A DNA stretch of 64,000 nt from the NCBI GenBank assembly GCA_025059045.1, contig JANXEA010000010.1, positions 53,324 to 117,323 on the forward strand, in the 5' to 3' direction. Each line of letters starts with the position of its first letter. Position 1 is the first letter of the stretch. Below are positions 26,785 to 36,772 of this stretch, one piece after another. This DNA is from Candidatus Bathyarchaeota archaeon. Its GTDB lineage: Archaea > Thermoproteota > Bathyarchaeia > Bathyarchaeales > DTEX01. The position numbers and the translations under genes were made by a program. The notes under the pieces were generated by a model. The model was not told where the DNA came from and searched no databases. It was given only the letters and a program-made list of their open reading frames with translations.

Positions 26785-27831
26785 ATGTCTATGAAGGGAT
26801 TCATGAAGGCAGCAGTTCTACATAAGCCACTCGACCTCCGCGTCGAAGATGTTGAGATCCCGAAGATTGAACCGGATCAAGTGCTCATAAGAATGAAACG
26901 GGTGGGGATCTGCGGATCGGATATCCACTATTATCTCCGTGGCAGAATCTCTTCATATGTTGTAGAGAAACCGTTAATTCTCGGTCATGAATGTGCAGGA
27001 GAAATAGCAGAGGTGGGTGATGAGGTTAAGTCGTTTAGGGTTGGACAAAGGGTGGTTGTTGAGCCTGGTTTCACCTGTGGAAAATGTGAACACTGTAGGA
27101 GCGGAAGATACAACCTCTGTGAACAAGTGAATTTTTATGGAACCCCGCCCTTCAACGGAGCCTTTGCCGAATATAACTATGCTCCCGAACAGAATGTTTA
27201 CCCGATACCTGACACAATGTCGCTGGAGGAGGGCGCGATGATTGAGCCTTTGGCGGTCGGCATGATGGCGGCAAAGATGGGACGTGTAGAAGCAGGCGAC
27301 ATCGTTGTGATTTTGGGCGCAGGGCCCATAGGGCAGATGGCGCTTCAGGCTTCCAAGATCTGCGGAGCTTCCGCGATATTTGTGAGCGATCTTATTGAGT
27401 ATAGGCTTGAATACGCGGAGAAGCATGGGGCAAGTGCCGTAATAAACCCAGTGAAAGAGGACTTGAGTGAAAAGGTTGCGAAGCTGACGAGCGGTAAAGG
27501 CGCTGACGTCGTTATTGAAGCCTCTGGTGCACCAGCAGCCATCCAACAGACCGTTGAAATCGTGAAGCCCGGCGGCACAGTTGTGCTCGTCGGAAACCCT
27601 CATGGAGAGATCATGATGCCCATGAGCAAGATAGTCTCTAAAGAGGTTAGAATCCAAGGCATACATCGCTATGCGAATGTATATGAAGCGGCCATAAAGG
27701 CGGTCTCATCTGGCAAAGCCATCGTGAAGCCATATGTTACTCACATATTTCCGCTGGAAAGGATTAGGGAGGCATTCGAAGTCCATATCAACAAGGCTGG
27801 TAACCCGATAAAGATACAGGTAGCGATCTAA
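26785..27831 (+). CDS. zinc-dependent alcohol/polyol dehydrogenase (MDR family, sorbitol/threonine dehydrogenase-like)
   Basis: GICGSDIHYY, GHECAGEI, structural-zinc Cys cluster CGKCEHCRSGRYNLC, Rossmann GAGPIG. Confidence 0.85.
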   Translation: MSMKGFMKAAVLHKPLDLRVEDVEIPKIEPDQVLIRMKRVGICGSDIHYYLRGRISSYVVEKPLILGHECAGEIAEVGDEVKSFRVGQRVVVEPGFTCGKCEHCRSGRYNLCEQVNFYGTPPFNGAFAEYNYAPEQNVYPIPDTMSLEEGAMIEPLAVGMMAAKMGRVEAGDIVVILGAGPIGQMALQASKICGASAIFVSDLIEYRLEYAEKHGASAVINPVKEDLSEKVAKLTSGKGADVVIEASGAPAAIQQTVEIVKPGGTVVLVGNPHGEIMMPMSKIVSKEVRIQGIHRYANVYEAAIKAVSSGKAIVKPYVTHIFPLERIREAFEVHINKAGNPIKIQVAI

Positions 27832-27931
27832 CCGCTTTACCTGAGCTATATTTTTCAAGCGTCTTCAGAGATGTCGGGGAATAAGTTTATATGTCACTGT
27901 CGATATCAATATTGATATCGAAGGTGATGAT

Positions 27932-28504
27932 ATGTTTGGATTTAAACCGCTACACCCCAGACACTGGGCAAGAAGAATAGCGTGTGTGCCAAAAGGGTTT
28001 CTAAGGTTTCATGTGTTGAGGCTGCTTGCTTCTAAACCAATGTCGGGATCCGAGATAATCTCTGAAATTGAGAAGGAGACTGGTGGGAGATGGAGACCAA
28101 GTCCAGGTTCCGTCTACCCGCTTCTAGCATGGCTGCAGGACAACGGATACGTTAGAGAACAGCCAGCGGAAGAAACTGGCATAAAAAGGTACGTCTTAAC
28201 AGAACAGGGACATAAGTATCTGGAGGAAGAGATGAAGTTTAGAAGAGAGTCGGGATTGACGGGGTTCCCGCCTTTCCCATTATTAGGTGATATTTGGCCA
28301 TTGTCTAAAGTTGAAAGTTTAAGGTCGCTAATGGACTCGGCAAGACGGTTAACAGCGTCCATCATTAACCTTGGCATGTCAATTAGGGATATTCCCATTG
28401 AGCAATATGCCAAACAGGCTGAAGCCATCCTTAATGAAGCTGCAGATAAGATTGAAGAATTAAACAGGCGAATAAAAAATGAGAAAACATCTCAGAACAT
28501 GTGA
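27932..28504 (+). CDS. PadR family transcriptional regulator
   Basis: LLASKPMSGSEIISEIEKETGGRWRPSPGSVYPLLAWLQDNGYV winged-helix signature. Confidence 0.8.
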   Translation: MFGFKPLHPRHWARRIACVPKGFLRFHVLRLLASKPMSGSEIISEIEKETGGRWRPSPGSVYPLLAWLQDNGYVREQPAEETGIKRYVLTEQGHKYLEEEMKFRRESGLTGFPPFPLLGDIWPLSKVESLRSLMDSARRLTASIINLGMSIRDIPIEQYAKQAEAILNEAADKIEELNRRIKNEKTSQNM

Positions 28505-28777
28505 AATGCATATAATCAATGCATTAATGTCCACCGTTAAATTATCCTTCTTATCTATCTGCCTAACGATGCGAACCCTTCTCCAAAGAAGATCTCCCCC
28601 TTTTATTTTCAATGTAAGCCGCATCTTCTAACGGTCGGCGCATATGCATCTACATAGAGATCTGCGGCATCGTCTAATGTATAACTGTCTACTACCCTAG
28701 AAATCGAGCGCAAAATGATTTTGAAATTAAAAAACCCTAAATAATTATTATCCCATTCTGATGCAGCTAGAACAAAA

Positions 28778-30418
28778 ATGAGTATTCAGAACAGGTTGTT
28801 CGAAGAGATAGCGGGCAAATTCTTGACTAAGTTATTCGAAATCAATCCAGACCTCGCTGTATCTCTAGGGCTTCATGAACCCTATGATTATATGCTGCCC
28901 AATGGATCTTCTTTAAGATTCCAGGAAACTTTGAGGCTGATGGAAGAGTGGCTTGAATGCCTGAAGCGGAATTTGAGGCGTGAGGATCTTAGCGATGAAC
29001 ACAAGATAGATTGGGAAGTTCTGGAAGACTTTTACGAACGCTTAAAGTTCGACTTTTATGATCGGCGAATACATGAGTTGAATCCCGATGTGTCTGAGGA
29101 ATTAGGCGGTCCGATCCTCATAATATTCATGAGGAATTATGCTCCGCTAGAGAAGAGAATTGAGGCGATAGCTGCCCGAATAGAGCAGATGCCGAGATAC
29201 TTGGAAGACTTTCGTACAAGATTTGAGAGGTCGCAGCCAGTCAGGCTGTGGACAGAACTAGCAATAGAAAAGACTCAGAACCTACAGGATTTTTTCCTCT
29301 ATATACTCGAAGCCGTGAAGGGGAAGGTCTCCGAGGAAATTTACAGTAGGCTCGAGAATGCTATTGAGAACGTCAAGGCGGCAATAGAGAGGCAGGTAGA
29401 ATGGCTTCGAAGCTTGCTCGATAATGCAAAAGATGATTGGGCATTAGGCAGGGAGAAATTCGAAAGGCTCATCCAGATTAGAAATCTTGGAATGAGATCT
29501 GAAGAGATTTTGCAGCTAGGCATGGAATACCTTGAACAATTAAAGATGGAGCGCATGAGGATCGCGCAAAAGATAGTTCCGGGAGGATCTGTTGAGGATG
29601 CCCTCAGAGTTGTTGAGTACAAAAGTCCCAGAACGTTTGAGGAGGCACTTGAGTACACTAGAAGAGTAATAGAGGATGCAAAGCGTTTCGTGCAAGAGGC
29701 GGGTATCTTGACTGTTTATCCAGAGGACATATTAATAGTTGAAGAGACCCCGACCTTCTTGACCCCAGTAATACCCTTCGCAGCTCTCATTATGCCAGCA
29801 AAGTTCGATAAACAGCGAATTGGAATCTATTTGGTGACTAGACCTAGGGATGAGATCGACCTCAGGAAACGCCACAATTATCCAGCGATAACAAACACTG
29901 CCGTGCATGAGGCTTTTCCCGGACATTTCCTTCAAGGGGCTCTCGCAAGCCGTGGAAGTGTTATCAGGTTTTTGGCTGAAGGTGTTGAAACAATAGAAGG
30001 TTGGGCTCATTACTGTGAAGATCTCATGAATGAAAAGGGGTTCATCAGGGATCTTGAGACGCGGCTAATCCAGGTTAATGATATGATATGGCGAGCCGTT
30101 CGAATCATCGTTGACGTCAAGCTTTCTCGAGGGGAGATGAGTTTCCAGGAAGCCGTTGAAATGCTGGTTAAAGAGGCTAGAATGTCCGAGGAGGCTGCAA
30201 GAGCGGAGGTAAACCGGTATACGCAGACCCCTGGATACCAACTGTCATACCTTCTGGGGAAGCATTTAATATTGAAACTAAAGAAAGAGATTCAGCAGAG
30301 GATGGGCGAGAGATTCGATGAGAGATTCTTCCACGACACAATAGCCGCCAATGGATACTTGCCAATCTCTTTGATCCGTAAAATCTTCGATAAAAAGATT
30401 AGCGCCCTAACTCATTAA
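28778..30418 (+). CDS. DUF885 family protein (metallopeptidase-like fold)
   Basis: 546 aa. HEAFPGHFLQ motif and overall DUF885-like C-terminal half. Confidence 0.7.
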   Translation: MSIQNRLFEEIAGKFLTKLFEINPDLAVSLGLHEPYDYMLPNGSSLRFQETLRLMEEWLECLKRNLRREDLSDEHKIDWEVLEDFYERLKFDFYDRRIHELNPDVSEELGGPILIIFMRNYAPLEKRIEAIAARIEQMPRYLEDFRTRFERSQPVRLWTELAIEKTQNLQDFFLYILEAVKGKVSEEIYSRLENAIENVKAAIERQVEWLRSLLDNAKDDWALGREKFERLIQIRNLGMRSEEILQLGMEYLEQLKMERMRIAQKIVPGGSVEDALRVVEYKSPRTFEEALEYTRRVIEDAKRFVQEAGILTVYPEDILIVEETPTFLTPVIPFAALIMPAKFDKQRIGIYLVTRPRDEIDLRKRHNYPAITNTAVHEAFPGHFLQGALASRGSVIRFLAEGVETIEGWAHYCEDLMNEKGFIRDLETRLIQVNDMIWRAVRIIVDVKLSRGEMSFQEAVEMLVKEARMSEEAARAEVNRYTQTPGYQLSYLLGKHLILKLKKEIQQRMGERFDERFFHDTIAANGYLPISLIRKIFDKKISALTH

Positions 30419-30524
30419 ACCTTCACTTTTCGCCACGATTTCAGATGCAATAATCATGGGCAGCGGACTTGAAACCTCTGGTTAACCAACATTCATGGGG
30501 CGTTGAGCTAATCAGACCATTTAA

Positions 30525-30546
30525 AAAGCAGAATTAAAGCAGAATT
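30525..30546. repeat. perfect tandem 11-mer x2 (AAAGCAGAATT)
   Basis: AAAGCAGAATTAAAGCAGAATT, in the convergent intergenic region between the DUF885 and PIN-like genes. Confidence 0.7.
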
Positions 30547-30572
30547 CATTGTCGCAAATAGATTTGAAGGTA

Positions 30573-30884
30573 TCACCCTTCTGGAAGAGATGCAGTCGAG
30601 TTTTTTGTTTTCGCCTCTAGATACTTCTGTCTAATCTTCTCATCAGCTATCCTTGCAATTAGAGCATTAGATATTAGCACATATTTTGCACCTGACAGCT
30701 CAGCCAAGTCTGCTGGCTTCTGGTCTTGCGTTACGAGAATTAGGTCATGCTCTTTAGCGTATTCTACAATCTCCCTATCTTTTGCTCCCTGCAAACCTAT
30801 ATCCTGGACAGTTAGGACTTCCCATCCAAGCATCTCAAAGTATTCTTTTAGCCCAATATACATTTCATCCAGCAACAGTCTCAA
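30573..30884 (-). CDS. DUF5615 / Mut7-C-type PIN-like protein (toxin-like)
   Basis: MRLLLDEMYIGLKEYFEMLGWEV...GAKDREIVEYAKEHDLILVTQD matches the PIN-like N-terminal pattern of DUF5615/Mut7-C proteins. Confidence 0.6.
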   Translation of the reverse strand: MRLLLDEMYIGLKEYFEMLGWEVLTVQDIGLQGAKDREIVEYAKEHDLILVTQDQKPADLAELSGAKYVLISNALIARIADEKIRQKYLEAKTKNSTASLPEG

Positions 30885-31125
30885 CTAATTCACCTTAAGG
30901 ATCATCATTAATATGCAATATAAAATCATTTATTCAACATTCACAGATCATTTCTCTTGTTACCAGCAACTATTTTTTAGTTGAGCATGAAAAGTGAGGA
31001 TTTCATGGAGAAATTCAAGTTTAATCGCGGCTAAATTGTATCGAGGGGCTTTAAAACTTATGCATATGAAAGGTTGAATAGAGATGTAGTAGACGCTTCG
31101 CCCTCATTTGGTTGGAGAGGTCTAA

Positions 31126-31737
31126 TTGAGGAAGATCTACTTCGACAGGTATGTCTTCTATGTTTTCGATGGGGTTTATGAACCCGCGGAAGACACTTTC
31201 TTGATTGCTGAGAGTCTAGAAGATTTCGAAGCCAAGGATGTCTTGGAAATTGGCACAGGCTGCGGGATTCTATCGATTATCTCCGCTGAGAAAGCAGAGA
31301 AAGTTGTGGCTACGGATGTAAACCCTGTCGCTTTGAGATGCGCGAAATTTAATGCGAAAGTGAACGGCGTCCATGAAAAGATAGACTTCATCCAAGGGGA
31401 TCTGTTTGGACCCTTAAGAAGAGGCACATCGTTCGACATGATTCTTTTTAATCCGCCTTACTTGCCGACAGAAGAGGCACCCTCAGACTGGATCGACTAT
31501 GCATGGTCAGGCGGCCAGAACGGAAGAAGCGTGATAGATAGATTTCTGGGACAAGTAAGCCAGCATCTTAAGCCCGGAGGCCGCATCCTTCTTGCGCAGT
31601 CATCATTATCTAACATCGAATTAACCATGAGAAAACTCGAATTGCAGGGATTCGAAACGAATATTCTTAAAGAGAAGAGGGTGCCATTTGAGTCGATAAT
31701 ACTGGTTTACGGCAGAAGAACACTTGCTTCTACCTGA
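31126..31737 (+). CDS. HemK-related SAM-dependent methyltransferase (archaeal Mtq2/PrmC-like)
   Basis: SAM motif I LEIGTGCG and substrate motif NPPY (ILFNPPYLP). TTG start. Confidence 0.8.
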   Translation: MRKIYFDRYVFYVFDGVYEPAEDTFLIAESLEDFEAKDVLEIGTGCGILSIISAEKAEKVVATDVNPVALRCAKFNAKVNGVHEKIDFIQGDLFGPLRRGTSFDMILFNPPYLPTEEAPSDWIDYAWSGGQNGRSVIDRFLGQVSQHLKPGGRILLAQSSLSNIELTMRKLELQGFETNILKEKRVPFESIILVYGRRTLAST

Positions 31738-32128
31738 ACACTATGTGTCGCGCAACCGACTAAGGGGACAAAGATTGGTGAAGCATGAAAGTTGGGCAAT
31801 TCTCGATGCCTATCTCTTGTTTCGTGACACTTTTCAGTTTCAGTCACATTACCATGTGTTCTGCTCCAAGATTTAATCAATCGTCATTAAGCTTTGTTCT
31901 CAACCGAAAAGTGAAATAATTTCTAACCATAATTGTATTATGCTGAGACAGGCTGTTGGAGTGCTGGATTTTCTTTTTGCGGTTAGGCGGATGTCATATT
32001 GTTGATTTCAGAAGGTCTCTTATCTCGTTTACAGTGCTCTCTATAATATCTAGCCTGTGCCTAAAGTCTTCCATGATGGCCCTCAATTGAATCTAGACTT
32101 GTTTTCTCCTTTGACTTGCTGCGGGCCT

Positions 32129-32230
32129 CTATCTCTTTAACCTGGCCCATTTTGAGAACATTCCGACAAAGATGCCTAGTGTAGCGCATGTCAAGCCGAA
32201 AAAGGCCCATAGAATTGGCTCTAACACCAT
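32129..32230 (-). CDS. possible 33-aa single-TM micro-protein
   Basis: MVLEPILWAFFGLTCATLGIFVGMFSKWARLKR. The ATG lies inside the last codons of the ArsR gene (ATGGTGTTAG overlap). Not supported by any motif. Confidence 0.25.
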   Translation of the reverse strand: MVLEPILWAFFGLTCATLGIFVGMFSKWARLKR

Positions 32231-32553
32231 TGGTTCACCTCCTCTAAAATTTTTTTCGGGCTAATCTCAAATTTGAAATCTCTGATTTCGTAGTAGGATT
32301 TGTTGAGAGGTGGAAGACCCTCTCTGGCAATGGTCTCTCTTTCCCCCTCCATGACCAGCCCCGCTCTTACAAGTTTTCTTAAGTGCAGAAAGACCAGAGG
32401 GGGAGACATCTTCAGCTTTTCCGACAATTCTGTAACTGTATATCTTCCGCTGGCAAGACTGGCCAGTATTTTTAACCGTTGTGGATTTGATAAGGCCTTG
32501 AGAACCTCAAGAAAGCATGTGTTTCCGTTGTTCTGCCCGAACTCATTTTCCAT
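32221..32553 (-). CDS. ArsR family transcriptional regulator
   Basis: FLEVLKALSNPQRLKILASLASGRYTVTELSEKLKMSPPLVFLHLRKL. The internal ATG at 32553 gives a typical 110-aa size. The ORF opens at 32784, but the extension is low-complexity. Confidence 0.75.
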   Translation of the reverse strand: MENEFGQNNGNTCFLEVLKALSNPQRLKILASLASGRYTVTELSEKLKMSPPLVFLHLRKLVRAGLVMEGERETIAREGLPPLNKSYYEIRDFKFEISPKKILEEVNQWC

Positions 32554-33005
32554 AGGGGTATTAAATGGCAAGGGGCCCTTATTAAGTTTTTTATTAAAAA
32601 GGTTTCTTAGAGGAAAAATAAAAATGCCCCTAGTAAACGTGCTCCTCTGCCAAAAAGACGGCTCCAATTCAAGTGGCGAAGGGTACAGATTAATCTCTAA
32701 ACTCTTATAGACTAGTCTCCAATATCCTCGCATGCTTAAAAAATAATGCCTCAGGAAGAGAAAATGAAGATAACGAGATCTCACGCAACTTAACTATTGG
32801 CAACCCCTGTTTAAAAGCTGAAGACGAAAAACTGCGCTATTATAAGACTTCTGGCTTTCTTCCCTTCTTTTTAAGCTTCTTCCCGATGATTTCTCAATCT
32901 CCATTTGAAGCAATAACGGGTCGCAAAAGCAAACTAATGTTAAAGTTTACATAATTCTTTTATTAGTACGCGTAAAAAGGATATTGCAGCAAAAAGTGAA
33001 AAAGA

Positions 33006-33527
33006 TTGCTTAGGATCGAGAAAATTGATGAAGACACATTTTTAAGGGTTCCAGACCCGTGTAGGCGCTGCATTTATTGGCAAACAGTTGGAGAGTTCAA
33101 TTCCTCCTCCATGGGCAAAGGTGGAGAGGAAGAAAAGATGCGTTGGCTAAAGAGAGTACTGAGAGAATTTGGGTGCTGCATTAAAGTAGCATGCCTTGGT
33201 GATGTAATAGGTGTTATGCAGTATGCTCCAGCAATATACTTTCCGCGCGTGAGAGAGTATATTTCCGGACCGCCAAATGAGGACGCTGCATTTATAGCAT
33301 GTCTTTACATCCTGGATAAGGATCAGAGGGGGAAGGGCTACGGTACGCTTATGCTTAAAAATCTGACGGAGGAATTAAAAGAAAAGGGATTTATAGCCGT
33401 TGAAACCTTTGCAAGAATTAGTTCTGAAAACAATCCGTCAGGACCATTAACCTTCTATTTGAGGAATAACTTCAAAGTAGTGAGAAGGAAAGATGATTTC
33501 CCTCTTGTCCGCCTTGAACTTAAATAA
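33006..33527 (+). CDS. GNAT family N-acetyltransferase
   Basis: Acetyl-CoA loop QRGKGYGTLMLKNLTEELKEKGF. TTG start. Confidence 0.75.
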   Translation: MLRIEKIDEDTFLRVPDPCRRCIYWQTVGEFNSSSMGKGGEEEKMRWLKRVLREFGCCIKVACLGDVIGVMQYAPAIYFPRVREYISGPPNEDAAFIACLYILDKDQRGKGYGTLMLKNLTEELKEKGFIAVETFARISSENNPSGPLTFYLRNNFKVVRRKDDFPLVRLELK

Positions 33528-33680
33528 TGATTAACGCCTTCAGATCGCTTTTCAATTGTGTCTAAAGATTGTAAGGTGAAGTAGTCTCTGATCTGTCAAA
33601 AGGTTAATTAATGGCCGTATGCGCCTACTAATTTTATTAAAAGAGATGAGAAATATCGTTAAAACAGCAAAAAAATAATG

Positions 33681-33878
33681 TTAAAGTAGCCATTTGAGCG
33701 GTATGTCTTGGTATGTCTTGCCGTCTGGTAGTGTTCTGCGGATAGTTATTGGGAGCACTCCCCTCTTCAGCTCTTCTATTGCGATGTCTATTGGGCTTGC
33801 GTTTTTCTTAGAGGGCTTTATTAGAACTGGTGCTCCCATTGCGATTTGAAGTGCTCTCGCCCCCACTATTCTAGCCAT
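33681..33878 (-). CDS. rpoK: DNA-directed RNA polymerase subunit K (Rpo6)
   Basis: [19 protein letters not shown] ... [15 protein letters not shown]. Coordinates are from the first ATG; the conserved upstream LTRFE is in frame but has no canonical start (see findings). Confidence 0.85.
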   Translation of the reverse strand: MARIVGARALQIAMGAPVLIKPSKKNASPIDIAIEELKRGVLPITIRRTLPDGKTYQDIPLKWLL

Positions 33879-34172
33879 CTCGAAACGCGTGAGTTTAGGC
33901 GGACCTATGATCTCCTTCTTCCCAGAACCCGTCTTATTATAACTCTCCTTTATAATGTTTTTTTATGAAAGGAGCTGTGAGGATTGGAGGATCGAGCATA
34001 GACTGATTTTCTTCCAAATTGGCCATAAACATGTAGATCCTCCAGATTAATGCAACAAGAAAATCGACGAGAAAATATAAATTTTACTAATTTTTTCTGG
34101 GCTGAAGGCGTAATCATCATAATTCTGCGTAAAGCTTAAAATGTCCTTTAATTATCGAATCTAGGAGTCAAC

Positions 34173-34835
34173 TTGTCAACCGAAGACCTCACTCTACAGG
34201 ATATAGTAGTAATGTATGATAGGGATCTAGGACCCTTCATCTTTAAAGACTTCAGAAGTTATAACAGCCTACTAGATGATGCGGAATGGCTCCTTGAAAG
34301 AAGCCACCAGAGGTCACGCGGTTTCATAATAAGGCCTGTAAGGCAAGGCTCTCGAGATGGGTTATGGATTGGCGAATATGACCATGGAGCAAGCAGGATA
34401 AGTAGGCAGGAACTCATCTTTGACGAGGGGGCTTCAGAACTCAGCCGAATCATGGTGTTGTATGCGAATAGAAGGGTTTCGGAGAAGAGGCTCTTCAATG
34501 CTATATCTGTAGAGATGCTTAGAGCGAAACTGAAAAGCGAGATAATTAAGGATTTCAAGTATTATCACTGTCCCACTGACCGTTTCTTTGAAAAATGCGT
34601 ATCGGCTGAGAAAGTATATGCTGAATTGCTTAAGAAATATGGGAAAGGAAAAAAGATTCCATATGCAAAGGTCGCTGAGGAAATTTGGAGAGCTAAACGA
34701 TGCGAAGATGTAGTGGTGTGCCCGTTAATGACTTCAAATATGTTTGAGAGTGTCCTCAACATTAATAAGGTGTTAAAAAGCAGAAAAATTGGTGAAATAA
34801 AGTTCATTACGCCGGGCCTAGTTGAGCTTGTTTAG
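34173..34835 (+). CDS. hypothetical protein (220 aa)
   Basis: TTG-start ORF with coding-like composition and no motif recognised. Confidence 0.45.
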   Translation: MSTEDLTLQDIVVMYDRDLGPFIFKDFRSYNSLLDDAEWLLERSHQRSRGFIIRPVRQGSRDGLWIGEYDHGASRISRQELIFDEGASELSRIMVLYANRRVSEKRLFNAISVEMLRAKLKSEIIKDFKYYHCPTDRFFEKCVSAEKVYAELLKKYGKGKKIPYAKVAEEIWRAKRCEDVVVCPLMTSNMFESVLNINKVLKSRKIGEIKFITPGLVELV

Positions 34836-34844
34836 GTAGCGACT

Positions 34845-35321
34845 TTAATGATGATTAGACAGCTGTCTAGCTTTGAGAAGTGTATTCTTTATCTTACTCC
34901 AGTGGCTTCCCTGCCAATATATCTGCCCGCAGTTTGGACATATCCAGAAATTATTATAGAAACGTGATGTCGAATCCGGTATTCTATCAATAATCTCCTC
35001 TTTCTTAACTGACCGTAGAAGTATGTTACACTTTGGGCAGCGTGAACGATCTACATCTATCTCGAGCTTAATCCCAAAACGTCTGGCAACCTCGGCAAGC
35101 CTTTCCACCTCATTTTGGCCTTTAAGGAGATAAGATTGAAGCCCTAAAATGGACGCCCTCCTGTGAAGCTCAGCATCCCTGGTAATAAGGATTCGGCCTT
35201 CCCTTGCCGCGGTTTGTATTAGTTCTTCATCGTCGAGGTTATTATAGTACTCAACATCGCAGCCCAGCATCCTGAGCCATCTACTCAGCTTGCCCAGCAT
35301 CCCGTCTGCGAGAAATTTCAT
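34845..35321 (-). CDS. Mut7-C RNase domain protein (DUF82, PIN-like plus zinc ribbon)
   Basis: MKFLADGMLGKLSRWLRMLGCDV N-terminus and C-terminal CPKCN...CPNCG ribbon. Confidence 0.8.
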   Translation of the reverse strand: MKFLADGMLGKLSRWLRMLGCDVEYYNNLDDEELIQTAAREGRILITRDAELHRRASILGLQSYLLKGQNEVERLAEVARRFGIKLEIDVDRSRCPKCNILLRSVKKEEIIDRIPDSTSRFYNNFWICPNCGQIYWQGSHWSKIKNTLLKARQLSNHH

Positions 35322-35332
35322 CCCGCGAATCC

Positions 35333-36670
35333 CTATCCCTTAATTATTCGACCTTCACCAGGCTTAGCAACTATTTCTCCTTCATCCATAATTAAGCGTC
35401 CGTTGACAAAAGTCTTTATAGGTTTACCCTTAACCTTCCACCCGTCAAAAGGTGAGAACTTGGCTTTCGAATGAAATTTCGACGCGTCAATCCTCCATTC
35501 TTTCTTAACGTCCACGACTGTCAGGTCGGCGTAGTTCCCCTCTTCAATCCTTCCACGCTTCTCGATGCAAAATATTTCTGCAGGCCTCTCAGCAGCGGCA
35601 TTGACCAGTCTTGAAAGCGAGAGAACCCCATCGTTAACCTTTGTCAACATGAGCGGCAGCAATGTTTCCAAACCGGGAAATCCCGGTGAAACATCCCAAA
35701 CAGATGGCTTCTTTTTTTCTTCTAATGCGTGCGGAGCATGATCTGATGCTAGAATGTCAATTGAACCCGATATCAGGGCGGTCCATAAAACTTCAGTGTC
35801 AGATTTGGGTCTAAGTGGAGGATTAGTTAGAGCGAAGCTTCCTATTTCTCTTAAAAATTCTGATTGAAGTAGTAGATGATGGGGTGTAACTTCACAACTA
35901 ACCTTCATTCCTGAAGCCTTCGCCTCGTAGACCATCTCCATACCGCGACCCGTTGTTAGATGGCATATGTGAACGCGAGCTCCGCTAATCTCCGCAATCT
36001 TCAATATACGTTTTATCGCTGTAATTTCAGCCTCCTCGGAATGCACCGCGAGATAAGCATCCAAATCATTTCTTCCTTCCCTCTTCATTTTTTGCAATGA
36101 AGAGACCATGTAGGATGCATCTTCAGCGTGGACTGCAACAGGGACATGGGTATATGCCACCTTTCTAAACACTTCTAGGACGGCTTCATGATCAATTGGG
36201 TCTACACCGCCAATTTTTTCCGACATGAAGAACTTGAAGCCTTTTGCTCCCTCCTTTACTATACATTCAATCTCATCAATTCGTTCAGGAAAGGCTGAGT
36301 AGAAGGCAACGTTCACGATTACCCTTCGAGAGGATGTGTTCATTCGTTCTTTGAGGCTCTCTACGCTCATTGTGACAGGTCTATTGTTAGGCATATCAAT
36401 AACCAATGTGACCCCGCCATTCGCCGCTGCCGATGTCCCAGTAAAAAAATCTTCTTTATAATCTAGACATTGATCTCTCAGGTGGACATGCGCATCTATA
36501 AGTCCTGGAAGGACAACGTGCCTATCCAAATTCATCTTTTTCGAAGCGGTCGGAAGATTTGTTTCTTTGCCAATCTTGACAATCTTGTCTCCATCTATGG
36601 CTAAACCTGCTTCAACCAACCCTTGGCGAAGGAAAATCTTAGAGTTCACTAGTACAAGGTCGACAGGCAA
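35333..36670 (-). CDS. pyrC: dihydroorotase (cyclic amidohydrolase family)
   Basis: DAHVHLRD metal motif, later HAED.. and SDHAPH motifs. 445 aa. TTG start. Allantoinase/dihydropyrimidinase not excluded. Confidence 0.75.
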   Translation of the reverse strand: MPVDLVLVNSKIFLRQGLVEAGLAIDGDKIVKIGKETNLPTASKKMNLDRHVVLPGLIDAHVHLRDQCLDYKEDFFTGTSAAANGGVTLVIDMPNNRPVTMSVESLKERMNTSSRRVIVNVAFYSAFPERIDEIECIVKEGAKGFKFFMSEKIGGVDPIDHEAVLEVFRKVAYTHVPVAVHAEDASYMVSSLQKMKREGRNDLDAYLAVHSEEAEITAIKRILKIAEISGARVHICHLTTGRGMEMVYEAKASGMKVSCEVTPHHLLLQSEFLREIGSFALTNPPLRPKSDTEVLWTALISGSIDILASDHAPHALEEKKKPSVWDVSPGFPGLETLLPLMLTKVNDGVLSLSRLVNAAAERPAEIFCIEKRGRIEEGNYADLTVVDVKKEWRIDASKFHSKAKFSPFDGWKVKGKPIKTFVNGRLIMDEGEIVAKPGEGRIIKG

Positions 36671-36772
36671 GTTTATCCTCCAATAGAATATGATGAAGGA
36701 GTGAATAAATAAGGGTTCACAAGAGTGAATCTGAAGAGACTAAGATCTTGACTGAGAATTGGGAATTAAGGG

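Noticed and set aside
26974-27666. 230-aa ORF antisense to the alcohol dehydrogenase gene. Similar long antisense ORFs occur at 26138-26683, 54885-55484, 8352-8939, 760-1335, 40640-41149, 41642-42052 and 53172-53627.
   Set aside because: In every case the opposite strand carries a gene with clear family motifs. The antisense translations are low-complexity (Ser/Pro/Leu/Arg-rich) with no motif. This is typical of shadow ORFs.
32554-32784. 77-codon N-terminal extension of the ArsR ORF.
   Set aside because: The sequence is low-complexity and atypical. The internal ATG gives the standard ArsR length, with the HTH correctly placed.
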